A DNA stretch of 40,870 nucleotides, taken from contig CP070758.1 of NCBI GenBank assembly GCA_020348925.1, positions 1,729,160 to 1,770,029 of the forward strand, written 5' to 3'. The notes beneath the pieces were generated by a model that saw only the letters and a program-made list of their open reading frames with translations, was not told where the DNA came from and did not search any database. Positions 1 through 8,714 of this stretch are shown here, piece after piece. The position numbers and the translations under genes were made by a program. This DNA is from Gemmatimonadota bacterium. Lineage in GTDB: Bacteria; JBHIER01; G020348925. The first letter of the stretch is position 1. Every line of letters starts with the position of its first letter.

Positions 1-628
1 TGACGACCTCTTCGATAAATGGGATTAAGCTGTTCCCCTTCCACTGTGGAGCCCCTTTTAAAATGAGTGCTTCTTGACCGTTCAGTTGCACCGTGTCGGC
101 TTGTTGAATCCACTCAAGCCAGTTTCGGGGTCGTTTCGGAAAACGACGCCCGTCTTTGTCAATATGGAGAGTCAGACTATGAATGTCAATGAAAATATGC
201 CGTGTAAAATTACTTCGCAACCGTTTCAGCGTCTTCAACGTCATGTCGAAACCGGATATAAAATTGACGAGAATAAAGTCACAGTCAAGGGCACATTCCA
301 GTTGCCTGAAGGTGAGCGGAGGGACTCTGTTTTCTAAATACTCTGTTCGCTCGTTGGGGGAGATGTATCGTAATACAGCGTGGTTGTTTTTCTGTCGGAC
401 GATTCGAATTCCTCGTGTATCAATATTCTGAAATTGTGTTATCCTTTGAAACACCGGCTCGTGGACATCCTCTCCGAGATTACAGATGGGCAGGAGGGTC
501 ATGTTGCTGGGCTTTAATGTAGCTAAGGCAATGATATTGTAAAGGATACCGCCGTAGCTCTCCATTTTGGGTCCTGTAAACGGATAAATCGTGTCGCGGT
601 TTATTGTTCCTATGACGGCAACGTTCAT
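1..628 (-). CDS. PfkB/ribokinase-family carbohydrate kinase (partial, runs off the window edge)
   Basis: Not in the ORF track. Manual translation from ATG at 628 gives MNVAVIGTINRDTIYPFTGPKMESYGGILYNIIALA...FIDIHSL...ADTVQLNGQEA, open to the edge. It has a PfkB-like N-terminal G-x-x-x-x-D, GG and N-x-x-E motifs. Confidence 0.75.
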   Translation of the reverse strand, partial: MNVAVIGTINRDTIYPFTGPKMESYGGILYNIIALATLKPSNMTLLPICNLGEDVHEPVFQRITQFQNIDTRGIRIVRQKNNHAVLRYISPNERTEYLENRVPPLTFRQLECALDCDFILVNFISGFDMTLKTLKRLRSNFTRHIFIDIHSLTLHIDKDGRRFPKRPRNWLEWIQQADTVQLNGQEALILKGAPQWKGNSLIPFIEEVV

Positions 629-703
629 AGTTTTCACAATCGCATCAGTATGTATCAAGGGTCGAGGTTTGATGAGCCATGTGAATGATGAGGCTTTTGC
701 CCT

Positions 704-1750
704 TCACACATACTTGAGAACAGCCTCGTAGACCTCCTGCGAACGAATCATCTTCATACAGGCAAATGTCCCTTCACGGCATTTTTTCGTTCCATGTGCC
801 CCACACGGACGACAGGGGAGCTTTGCCTCCACAATCGTGTGACCGTCACCAAGCGGAGCAAAACCGAAAGCGGGAATTGTTGCTCCGAAAAGGGCCACAA
901 CGGGAACGTGCATTGCTGCTGCAAGGTGCATGAGCCCGGTATCGTTCGAAAGGAAGACTCGGCACTTGGCAATGAGAGCCGCGGATTCCTTGAGCGAAAA
1001 ATGACCCGCGGCAATGAGGGGTGTCCGATCCATCATTGCTGAGATACGGTTGCAGAGCGTTCTGTCCTCTGGTCCACCAAAGAGGATGACGGTTCCTTTT
1101 TTCTCTTTAATGAGTCGGTCGGCAACTTCAGCAAATCTTTGTGGGATCCAACGCTTCGTCGGCCACACGGAACCCGCGGCTATTCCAAAGAGAGATTGCG
1201 CATCCGAATCGGTATGCCTTGTGAGGAAATCGAGAGCCTTTTGCTCATCAGTGTGCGTGCAGAATATTTCTGGAGCAGGATCCATTGCGTGAACGCCGAA
1301 AGGGGAGAGAAGATTGAGATTTCTCTCTGTTTCGTGGAAATTCTTCCGATAAGCGACCCTATGAGTATAGAGTATCGAAGCCGAACTTGCATCGAAGCCA
1401 ATTCGAGTTGGGATTCCTGCCAAGAGGACCAGAGAGGCGCTTCTCCAGGATCTGTGAGGGATGAGTGCTGCATCGTATTTCCTTCTGCGAAGAGTTTTGA
1501 CCAATGCGAGAAAGTCTCTCAGGCTGCTCTCAGTTCTTCGTTTGTCATAGGGAATAATATGATCCACGTGAGGATTGTTGGTGATGAGGTTTGCTGTCTG
1601 GGGCAATACAACACATTCAATAGAGATCTGCGGAAAGGATTTTTTTGCAGCTCGCAGCAAGGGTGTTGTCAAAATAAGATCCCCGATAAATGCCGTTTGT
1701 ATAACGAGCATGCGATGGAATTGGCATTGTCTTTGACTTCTGTGCATCAT
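704..1750 (-). CDS. waaF: Lipopolysaccharide heptosyltransferase II-like (GT9)
   Basis: Motifs IQTAFIGDLILTTPLL, GSVWPTKRW, SNDTGLMHLAAA, ALFGAT and CRPCGAHG. The start is uncertain (1792, 1750, 1747 or 1711). Confidence 0.85.
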   Translation of the reverse strand: MMHRSQRQCQFHRMLVIQTAFIGDLILTTPLLRAAKKSFPQISIECVVLPQTANLITNNPHVDHIIPYDKRRTESSLRDFLALVKTLRRRKYDAALIPHRSWRSASLVLLAGIPTRIGFDASSASILYTHRVAYRKNFHETERNLNLLSPFGVHAMDPAPEIFCTHTDEQKALDFLTRHTDSDAQSLFGIAAGSVWPTKRWIPQRFAEVADRLIKEKKGTVILFGGPEDRTLCNRISAMMDRTPLIAAGHFSLKESAALIAKCRVFLSNDTGLMHLAAAMHVPVVALFGATIPAFGFAPLGDGHTIVEAKLPCRPCGAHGTKKCREGTFACMKMIRSQEVYEAVLKYV

Positions 1751-2124
1751 GAAAGCAGTCATCGAAATCACGTTCATTGTGTTCGGTTGCATCAGCCAAA
1801 ATATCGACCAGAGGAATGGATGTCAAGCGGAAATTCCGTCTTAAAAAGTGCACAGTCAAAAATATGTGTCTCCTGTGTGAACGTTTCGTCCAAAAAAATG
1901 TTCTGTGATGGAACGAAAAAGAGCCTAATTGGTTTAAGGGTGAATAGTGAGGTGCTCTGGGATGCATACCAGGGATTCCGTCCAATATTTCGTTTGAGAC
2001 AGTGAAGTGCGCCATGTCAACCCGAAGAACCGGAACTTGTTGGATTGAAGCTGCTGATTCGGGAAGAGTTGCAAAGAAGCGCGGCAACTGCTCTTTTTGC
2101 TCTGAAAAAGGGACACGTGAAGGT

Positions 2125-2649
2125 ATGAAAAACATTCTGCTGACAGGAGTACCGGGTATTGGAAAGACAACGGTGATTGAAAAGATACTCTCTGAAATTT
2201 CACTCAATATTGGGGGATTCTACACTCGGGAACTGAGACGAGGGAAAGTTCGAATTGGGTTTCGCATCGTCACTCCCGATGGCCATGAGGGTATATTGGC
2301 GCATACGGATTGCGAGAGTCCATGGCGGGTCGGGAAATATGGTGTGAATGTCCGAGAAATGGAGAGAGTTGGAGTCGCAGCTCTTGATCAGGCCCTTCAA
2401 GAACGCGATCTCATCGTCATGGATGAAATAGGGAAGATGGAACTGTTTTCAAAACGGTTTCAACATGCGGTCCTTCGATGTCTTCGTTCAGAGAAGAGGG
2501 TCTTGGGAACAATCCAGAAATCGAAAACTCCTTTTCTTGAGGCCATACGGGCGAGAAAAGATGTCAGACTAGTAGAGGTGACAATCTCCAACCGCGATGC
2601 CCTGCCCCAGGAGATTGCGGGTATTCTTTTGAAAGAATGCGATGGCTAA
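2125..2649 (+). CDS. Nucleoside-triphosphatase, THEP1/NTPase_1 family
   Basis: MKNILLTGVPGIGKTT (Walker A), GGFYTRE, VGKYGV and IVMDEIGKME (Walker B). Start reassigned to ATG 2125. Confidence 0.9.
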   Translation: MKNILLTGVPGIGKTTVIEKILSEISLNIGGFYTRELRRGKVRIGFRIVTPDGHEGILAHTDCESPWRVGKYGVNVREMERVGVAALDQALQERDLIVMDEIGKMELFSKRFQHAVLRCLRSEKRVLGTIQKSKTPFLEAIRARKDVRLVEVTISNRDALPQEIAGILLKECDG

Positions 2650-2883
2650 CCTGGACCATTCGTACGTTGTGTCGCAATGTCAGCAGCAGGAACATTCGCA
2701 GTGTCTCATGAAGGTTGATGGTGTGCGCTTCGTTTTCATCATGAATCTGTCGAGCCCACGCGGGCTCGGATTGTTTCATGCCGGACAAGGAGTTCTAAAA
2801 AAAGACTTGACTTAGAGGACAGTTGAATTAAATTTCCTGAAGGCTTCGTGTACCTTTATGTTTCTTGGAAATAAGGGAGTTCT

Positions 2884-3357
2884 ATGCAAGAACGATTGAT
2901 GGAGATATTGTTAAAACTGCTTAGAGAGATTGATGCCTCGGGGAATGACATGATTCGGTTGAAGGAGCTGTCGGATAAACTGAAGGGGCAGGGAATTTCT
3001 GAGTTGGAACTCGATGAGGCCCTGTCGTGGCTCACGGATCGGCTCCAGGCACAGACGTATGGTGCCACCGAACTGTTTTCCTCTGCTGGATCTGTACGTA
3101 TACTGCATCCGGTGGAACGGATGGTGTTCACACCTGAGGCATACGGCTACCTGCTCCAATTGGAGCACGCCCGTTTGATCGATAAAGATCAGATGGAAGC
3201 CGTGATCGACAGAGCCATGTCAAAAGGCTCACGCGAAATAACGCTCACTGATATTAAAATGATTACTGCGGCAGTTGTATTCAGCCCGGAAAACTCGGAT
3301 TGGATGACACCTGCAAGTGTGTTATCCGATGATGACACAAAAATGAAGGTTCAATAG
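2884..3357 (+). CDS. smg: DUF494/Smg family protein
   Basis: E-L-D-E-A-L-S-W-L, RILHPVE and EAYGYLLQL motifs; lies directly upstream of topA, the usual context for this family. Confidence 0.85.
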   Translation: MQERLMEILLKLLREIDASGNDMIRLKELSDKLKGQGISELELDEALSWLTDRLQAQTYGATELFSSAGSVRILHPVERMVFTPEAYGYLLQLEHARLIDKDQMEAVIDRAMSKGSREITLTDIKMITAAVVFSPENSDWMTPASVLSDDDTKMKVQ

Positions 3358-3375
3358 AGTTACTCACAGGGAATC

Positions 3376-4430
3376 ATGGGACGAACAGCTTTCAAATCAT
3401 TAATGATCGTGGAATCTCCAGCAAAGGCGAAGACCATCGAAAAATTCTTAGGTGGTGAATTTGAAGTCAAGGCCTGCATGGGGCATGTCAAAGATCTGCC
3501 GGAACGAAAATTGGGAATCAGCCTGATCAACCATTTTGAACCAACGTACGTTATTGTGCGAGGAAAAGCAAAAATTTTGCAGGACTTGCGAAAAGCTGCC
3601 AAAGATGCAAAAAACATCCTATTGGCTACTGATCCGGATCGGGAGGGTGAAGCCATCGCGTGGCATGTTGCTCAAGAAATTTCACCCGGTACCGACGGGA
3701 AAAGGCGGGTTCTGTTCAATGAAATCACTGAGAAGGCGGTTAAAAATGCGGTCAACAATCCGTCGGTAATCGACGAAAAAAAGGTGAATGCCCAGCAGGC
3801 CCGCAGGATCATGGATAGATTGGTGGGATATCAAGTCAGTCCGCTTTTGTGGAAGACTGTAGCCAAGGGTCTGAGTGCTGGCCGCGTACAATCTGTTGCC
3901 TTGCGGCTTGTGTGCGAACGTGAACAGAGCATTGCTTCTTTTATCTCTGAGGAGTATTGGTCTGTTCTTGCAGAGGTGAAAGGTGCCAGAAGTGACGCGT
4001 TTCAAGCAAAGCTCGTGTCTCTTCACGGTGAAAAAGTGGCCATACCGAACGAGAAGACGGCACAGGAGATAGTGGATGATCTCAAGGGGAAAACCTTCTC
4101 CGTTGAAGATATTAAAAAGAAAAAGGTCAAAAAAAATCCGCAACCACCGTTTATTACGAGCACCTTGCAACAGGAGGCAGCGCGCAAGCTTCGTTTCTCC
4201 CCCCAGAGAACGATGGTCCTTGCCCAGCAGCTCTATGAGGGTATTGATGTAGGCAATGGGGGCCTGGTTGGCCTGATCACATATATGCGAACTGATTCGA
4301 CCAACATATCACCGCTGGCCCAAAATGAGGCTGCCAAGTTCATCGCCCAACGCTATGGAGAAAAGTTCCTTCCAGCAAAACCAAACGTTTACCGTAAAAA
4401 ATCTCGCCGTGCCCAGGAAGCCCATGAAGC
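3376..4430 (+). CDS. topA: Type IA DNA topoisomerase I (partial, interrupted by the assembly gap)
   Basis: IVESPAKAKTI, LATDPDREGEAI, SAGRVQS, TSTLQQEA, LITYMRTDS (catalytic Tyr) and AQEAHE. Confidence 0.97.
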
Positions 4431-4530
4431 NNNNNNNNNNNNNNNNNNNNNNNNNNNNNNNNNNNNNNNNNNNNNNNNNNNNNNNNNNNNNNNNNNNNNN
4501 NNNNNNNNNNNNNNNNNNNNNNNNNNNNNN
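4431..4530. other. Scaffold gap (100 N, true size unknown)
   Basis: Run of N. The sequence after the gap does not resume topA in any frame I could recognise. Confidence 0.99.
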
Positions 4531-4878
4531 CCCTGAATCACATACTCTTTTTTGTTGACACCTTCATCATCGTGTTCTATATTATCGAACGGAAATTCTT
4601 CTAATTTGCTGAAAATAAAAAATTGGTCATCACCATCATATATGATTGAGCCGCATAGTGTAGGACATGTCGCAACTCTTGAGTGAAAGAAAATCTGTAG
4701 CACGGAGATGTCTCTAACTTATCACCTGTCAAGCCATAAGGGGTTTTCTGTATTGATTCGATACGGTGATGAAAGAGTATCCATTCAAGCAATTGATGTG
4801 TAGTCGCATATGCAACTATCAGTTGCAAAGAGTGTCCCCTTAAACCCAAGAAAACTTTCATCAACAGGAGGTAATAAG

Positions 4879-5625
4879 ATGACATGGATTATTTCGATCG
4901 CATTTGCCGCCTGCGGATTGTTGGTCGTCGGCATCGCTTTGCATAAGGTTTTCCGAAGCCTCGATCCATCGAAGATCTCAGGCTATCGTCCCTGCGCGGG
5001 TGGTTGGTGGGAAGCCAAGCTGAACAATTGTAGTTCAGGCCTCCTTAAGGTTCCCCAGCAGCCGGTGAATACCTACACGAACGTGGCGTACGTTGCTGTC
5101 GGCTTTTTTCTCCTGTTCAAAATCAACACACTCCCATCATACGTACTTTCTCTGACCTTACTCTACCTCTGCGTCGGATCGGCTCTGTACCACGCCATGT
5201 CGACACGCTGGGCGGGCAGTCTTGATGTAAGTGGCATGTACGCTCTTTTCTCTGCGATGACAGCTTACATTATATGTAAGTATATTGGTTTAGACAATTC
5301 GCTCGTAGCCCTCATTATGTTTATGGTCGCCGTACTATGTGGTTATCTTTTGAGATACAGATATCGAGGCAATATGTCGCTCAAAATTGGTATATTTTTG
5401 GTGCTCACATATCTCTTCACCATTTTGAGCATGCTGCAGAACAACAGATCGCTGGTAAGCGGCTATTTGATTGCTTCCTTCGCCATGTTTGCCTTAGCAT
5501 ACCTCGCATGGATATTGGATAAGGCGAGGAACTTCCCACTCAAACGATTTGGACACGGACTCTGGCACGTCTTAACCGCGGCAGCGATCTCTGTTTTGTT
5601 TTATGGCTCCTATCTTTCAGAATAA
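4879..5625 (+). CDS. CREST-superfamily (ceramidase-like) multi-pass membrane hydrolase
   Basis: QPVNTYTN, GSALYHA (SxxxH), a conserved D in DVSGM and GHGLWH (HxxxH); several hydrophobic helices; AGGAGG RBS before ATG 4879. Confidence 0.8.
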   Translation: MTWIISIAFAACGLLVVGIALHKVFRSLDPSKISGYRPCAGGWWEAKLNNCSSGLLKVPQQPVNTYTNVAYVAVGFFLLFKINTLPSYVLSLTLLYLCVGSALYHAMSTRWAGSLDVSGMYALFSAMTAYIICKYIGLDNSLVALIMFMVAVLCGYLLRYRYRGNMSLKIGIFLVLTYLFTILSMLQNNRSLVSGYLIASFAMFALAYLAWILDKARNFPLKRFGHGLWHVLTAAAISVLFYGSYLSE

Positions 5626-6050
5626 CTGGCAGGGGTAAAATCGGTACGGACTCAATTTTTCTTTTTACTATGTTTGGCACGTAGATAGCGGGATGAGAGT
5701 CCAAGTACTACGTTTTAGAAACTTTCAGTATATTAAAGAAATCAATTCTTCGTTGTCCTCTCTTAATCATGCTTGATTGATACAGGAAGGTAAGTGAAGA
5801 AATTGTTGAACATTACCTTTTAATCCAACCATCCGCCAATTTCGTATGATCAAACCCTCAACTTTCCTTGGCCGTTAACTGAGCCGGAATATTAGCTGCT
5901 CAAAACGTATAATCCAATATGAGGAATGTTTTTTTTACTTTAGATTTCTAAAAAACTTTTTCTTCGCAAAAGAGTCAAATGACTATATGATCGTTTCTAC
6001 TTCATATTACGGATGTTTGAATTCTATATGCTCGAAAATCGGAGGAGATT

Positions 6051-6680
6051 ATGGCTCAATACTTGAAAACTGCTCCAAGTCGCAGACAGTTTTTCTCGAG
6101 AATCGTTCCTGCCTGTGCTCTCACCTGTTTTGGATGCAGTGATGTCTTCGCGTCCGCTCTTTCCGGTCAAGGAAAATCCGATTCAAAGGAAATACACCCT
6201 TTTCAGGAAGAGCTAAGTGTAACCTATCAGCGGCTCTTTGAGTTCAGGTTTCAATCGAACTTCATTCCCATATTTAAGGCTATCGAAAAGGATGTCGGCA
6301 AGGAGAATCTTTTAGAGATGGTAAAAAAAGCCAGCTCGAAAAATAATAAAGAACTGGGACAACGAATCGCGAAAAGAAGCCCGGCTAACGACCTCCGTAA
6401 TTTTGCGGAACCGTTACGAAATCCTCGCGACATCTTTAAACATGCCAATATTTACGAGATTGTTGAAGACTCCGAAACTGCTTTCGAAATGGAGGTTACG
6501 GAATGTCTGACGGCAAAGGTGTTTCGTGAATCCGATGCCGCCGACATCGGATATGCGGCCGTCTGCCATGCTGACTTCGCTCTTCCCGAGGGATTCAATC
6601 CCAAAATAAAACTCATAAGGACCAAGACATTAATGCAAGGACACGACTGCTGTAACCACCGATATATTTTGCAGGGTTAG
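6051..6680 (+). CDS. L-2-amino-thiazoline-4-carboxylic acid hydrolase-like (V4R-related) protein with twin-arginine-like signal
   Basis: VTECL...GYAAVCHADF...RTKTLMQGHDCCNHRY family pattern; N-terminal SRRQFF; GGAGGAG RBS. Confidence 0.8.
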   Translation: MAQYLKTAPSRRQFFSRIVPACALTCFGCSDVFASALSGQGKSDSKEIHPFQEELSVTYQRLFEFRFQSNFIPIFKAIEKDVGKENLLEMVKKASSKNNKELGQRIAKRSPANDLRNFAEPLRNPRDIFKHANIYEIVEDSETAFEMEVTECLTAKVFRESDAADIGYAAVCHADFALPEGFNPKIKLIRTKTLMQGHDCCNHRYILQG

Positions 6681-6693
6681 GTTACAGTTTGGG

Positions 6694-6718
6694 AGTCAAG
6701 TCTCCGCTTGACTTTTTT
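6694..6718 (+). terminator. Putative intrinsic terminator
   Basis: AGTCAAG-tctccg-CTTGACT hairpin followed by a T run, 14 nt after the stop at 6680. Confidence 0.55.
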
Positions 6719-6920
6719 ACTCACTTTGATGCAACAGGGGACGTGAGGAATGAGAGGAGTCCGACATATCAAGCGATTTTTGAACCCAAGCACCGATTGA
6801 AGTCGTGCTCTCAAATTCATGACGTTCTCCAATCTTTCGTTTTGCCGAGGTGCTGGTTTCTTAAACCTTCTTTCGACCTGATCGATGAGTAAAAAGTAAA
6901 ATTACAAAGAGGAATGAGCA

Positions 6921-7472
6921 ATGTTTACCGACGCCAGGGGTAAAACCGTCGTATTCGTTGCACACTGCATACTGAACCAGAATTCGATCTCTGACGGGAC
7001 AGCCGTATACCCTGGCTTCATACAGGAGATCATGGAGGTACTGTGCACGACTCACGTCGGAATAGTACAGATGCCGTGCCCGGAATTTCTGTGCCTGGGC
7101 TTGGATCGGGGGAACATCGATGGAAGCACATCTCCCGTTGTCGAGGAGAACACGAGAATACGTGAGACGATGGGGCGGAGGTTCGCCGCCCGAAAAATTG
7201 AGCAGTTGGCTCAAGATCTTGTTTTTCAAATATCGGAATACCGAAAATATGGTTTTCACATACTGGGAATTGTTGGGATCAATCGCTCCCCCAGTTGCGG
7301 TGTGGACACCACATCAAAGAACAATCGTGAAATCGGAGGGGAAGGTGTTTTCATTGAAATACTGCGCAAGGAACTTCAAAAAAACAGAATGGATATTGAC
7401 ATTGTGGGCATCAAACCATCGGAGCCTGGAAAAGCGGTGAAAGCCATACGAACCTTGATGGACGCCAATTGA
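6921..7472 (+). CDS. DUF523/TudS-related putative Fe-S desulfidase
   Basis: HCILNQNS, QMPCPE and SPSCG motifs supply three conserved Cys; also GEGVF. Confidence 0.8.
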   Translation: MFTDARGKTVVFVAHCILNQNSISDGTAVYPGFIQEIMEVLCTTHVGIVQMPCPEFLCLGLDRGNIDGSTSPVVEENTRIRETMGRRFAARKIEQLAQDLVFQISEYRKYGFHILGIVGINRSPSCGVDTTSKNNREIGGEGVFIEILRKELQKNRMDIDIVGIKPSEPGKAVKAIRTLMDAN

Positions 7473-7581
7473 CACATGAGCCCACCATGTGGATGCAAGG
7501 AATTTCGCCAAAATCTCGCCGCCCCTGTCCCAAGGCCTTCGGCCGCAATTATTGTAATTCTCGAAATTTCTGGAGGTAAAT

Positions 7582-8064
7582 ATGAATTCCCCAAGAAATT
7601 TTTTACAAATAGTACCTGTTCTATTGACGGTGACTTTCATCGGATGTCAATCGCGTCCGGACGTCGAAGCATTACGATCTGAAATTTTGAACCTTCACAA
7701 AACACTCATTGACGCCCACTGGAACAAGGACATAGATTTTTTCACCGAAAACATATCAGAGGATTATTTCTCCGTTGGAAATGGGGAGATACGTAAGCCG
7801 ACGAAAGAAGAGATTACGACGCAGGTCACCAACTATCTCGATAATACGACGTTTACGGAGTACAGAGACTTGCGCGAACCGATCATCGGCTTTTCGAATG
7901 ACGGTTCAGTGGCCTGGTCTCTTGTCCAGGTGAAGGTAGCAGGCAAGCGCACCACGGAAGAAGGAACGGAAAGGGACTTGGACTTCACTTGTGCCTGGAT
8001 CACCTTGTACGAGCGACAAGATAATACGTGGCTACGATTGGGAGAGGTGTCAACGTTCAAGTAA
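7582..8064 (+). CDS. NTF2-like (DUF4440/SnoaL-like) lipoprotein
   Basis: Signal peptide with lipobox-like FIGC; NTF2-like pattern ending in WITLYERQDNTWL; GGAGG RBS. Confidence 0.7.
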   Translation: MNSPRNFLQIVPVLLTVTFIGCQSRPDVEALRSEILNLHKTLIDAHWNKDIDFFTENISEDYFSVGNGEIRKPTKEEITTQVTNYLDNTTFTEYRDLREPIIGFSNDGSVAWSLVQVKVAGKRTTEEGTERDLDFTCAWITLYERQDNTWLRLGEVSTFK

Positions 8065-8580
8065 AGTTACGACTTAAAGCTGTTAAGACTTTTTGCCTTG
8101 TCTTAAGAATGTGGGTATGTTCTCGCATTCGTCTCGATGTTGCTTCGAATCCTGGATTGATGGATTTATGGGAAAGCCAGACAGAGGGTATAATTTAGCT
8201 TGCGATTTCATGTCCATCAAATGAAATTGGTTGGAAGAGTATCCCTCTTCTTTTTCTTTACTGTCCAAAGCCTTCGCCGAGACCGTCACGGCTCACTGCG
8301 CTGTTTTTTCCAAACTCATCCAACCTTCGGTCGGATTCAGACACGGAAAAAACGGCCGCTCCGTTCGACTGTCGGTCTTGCGGCTCAGGCTTCAGGGCAT
8401 TGGAGATCCAAAGTATGATGATAGTATATTTTCTTTGATTTAAGTTATTAGATAGCCAACACATTTTTGTGAGAACCTGATTTTTTAAAAATTCGAAAAA
8501 AATATCGCTCAAGTTTATAATAGACTCATCCATTATCAATTTGGGGTAACTCCTATTCAAGTGCTTTTTAAAATTTATCC

Positions 8581-8609
8581 TTGCCTTACTTGTAAAAAAT
8601 TTGTATAAT
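8581..8609 (+). promoter_or_regulatory. Putative sigma70 promoter of the OPT gene
   Basis: TTGCCT-N17-TATAAT in AT-rich DNA about 105 nt upstream of the ATG. Confidence 0.55.
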
Positions 8610-8714
8610 AGCAAATTCATAGAAAGCATTGAGCTTGCGACGTGCGACCTGAGATATGCGACTCATTCATCAATTCAACCAAAGGGGTGATGCCCCGCTT
8701 CAAAAGGAGGGTCT

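Noticed and set aside
4531-4703. Minus-strand ORF running into the gap (MLQIFFHSRV...)
   Set aside because: Short, with no recognisable motif or RBS; it cannot be supported.
4531-8420. Integron cassette array (co-oriented unrelated accessory genes)
   Set aside because: No convincing paired RYYYAAC...GTTRRRY attC structures, long spacers of variable length, and no integrase seen.
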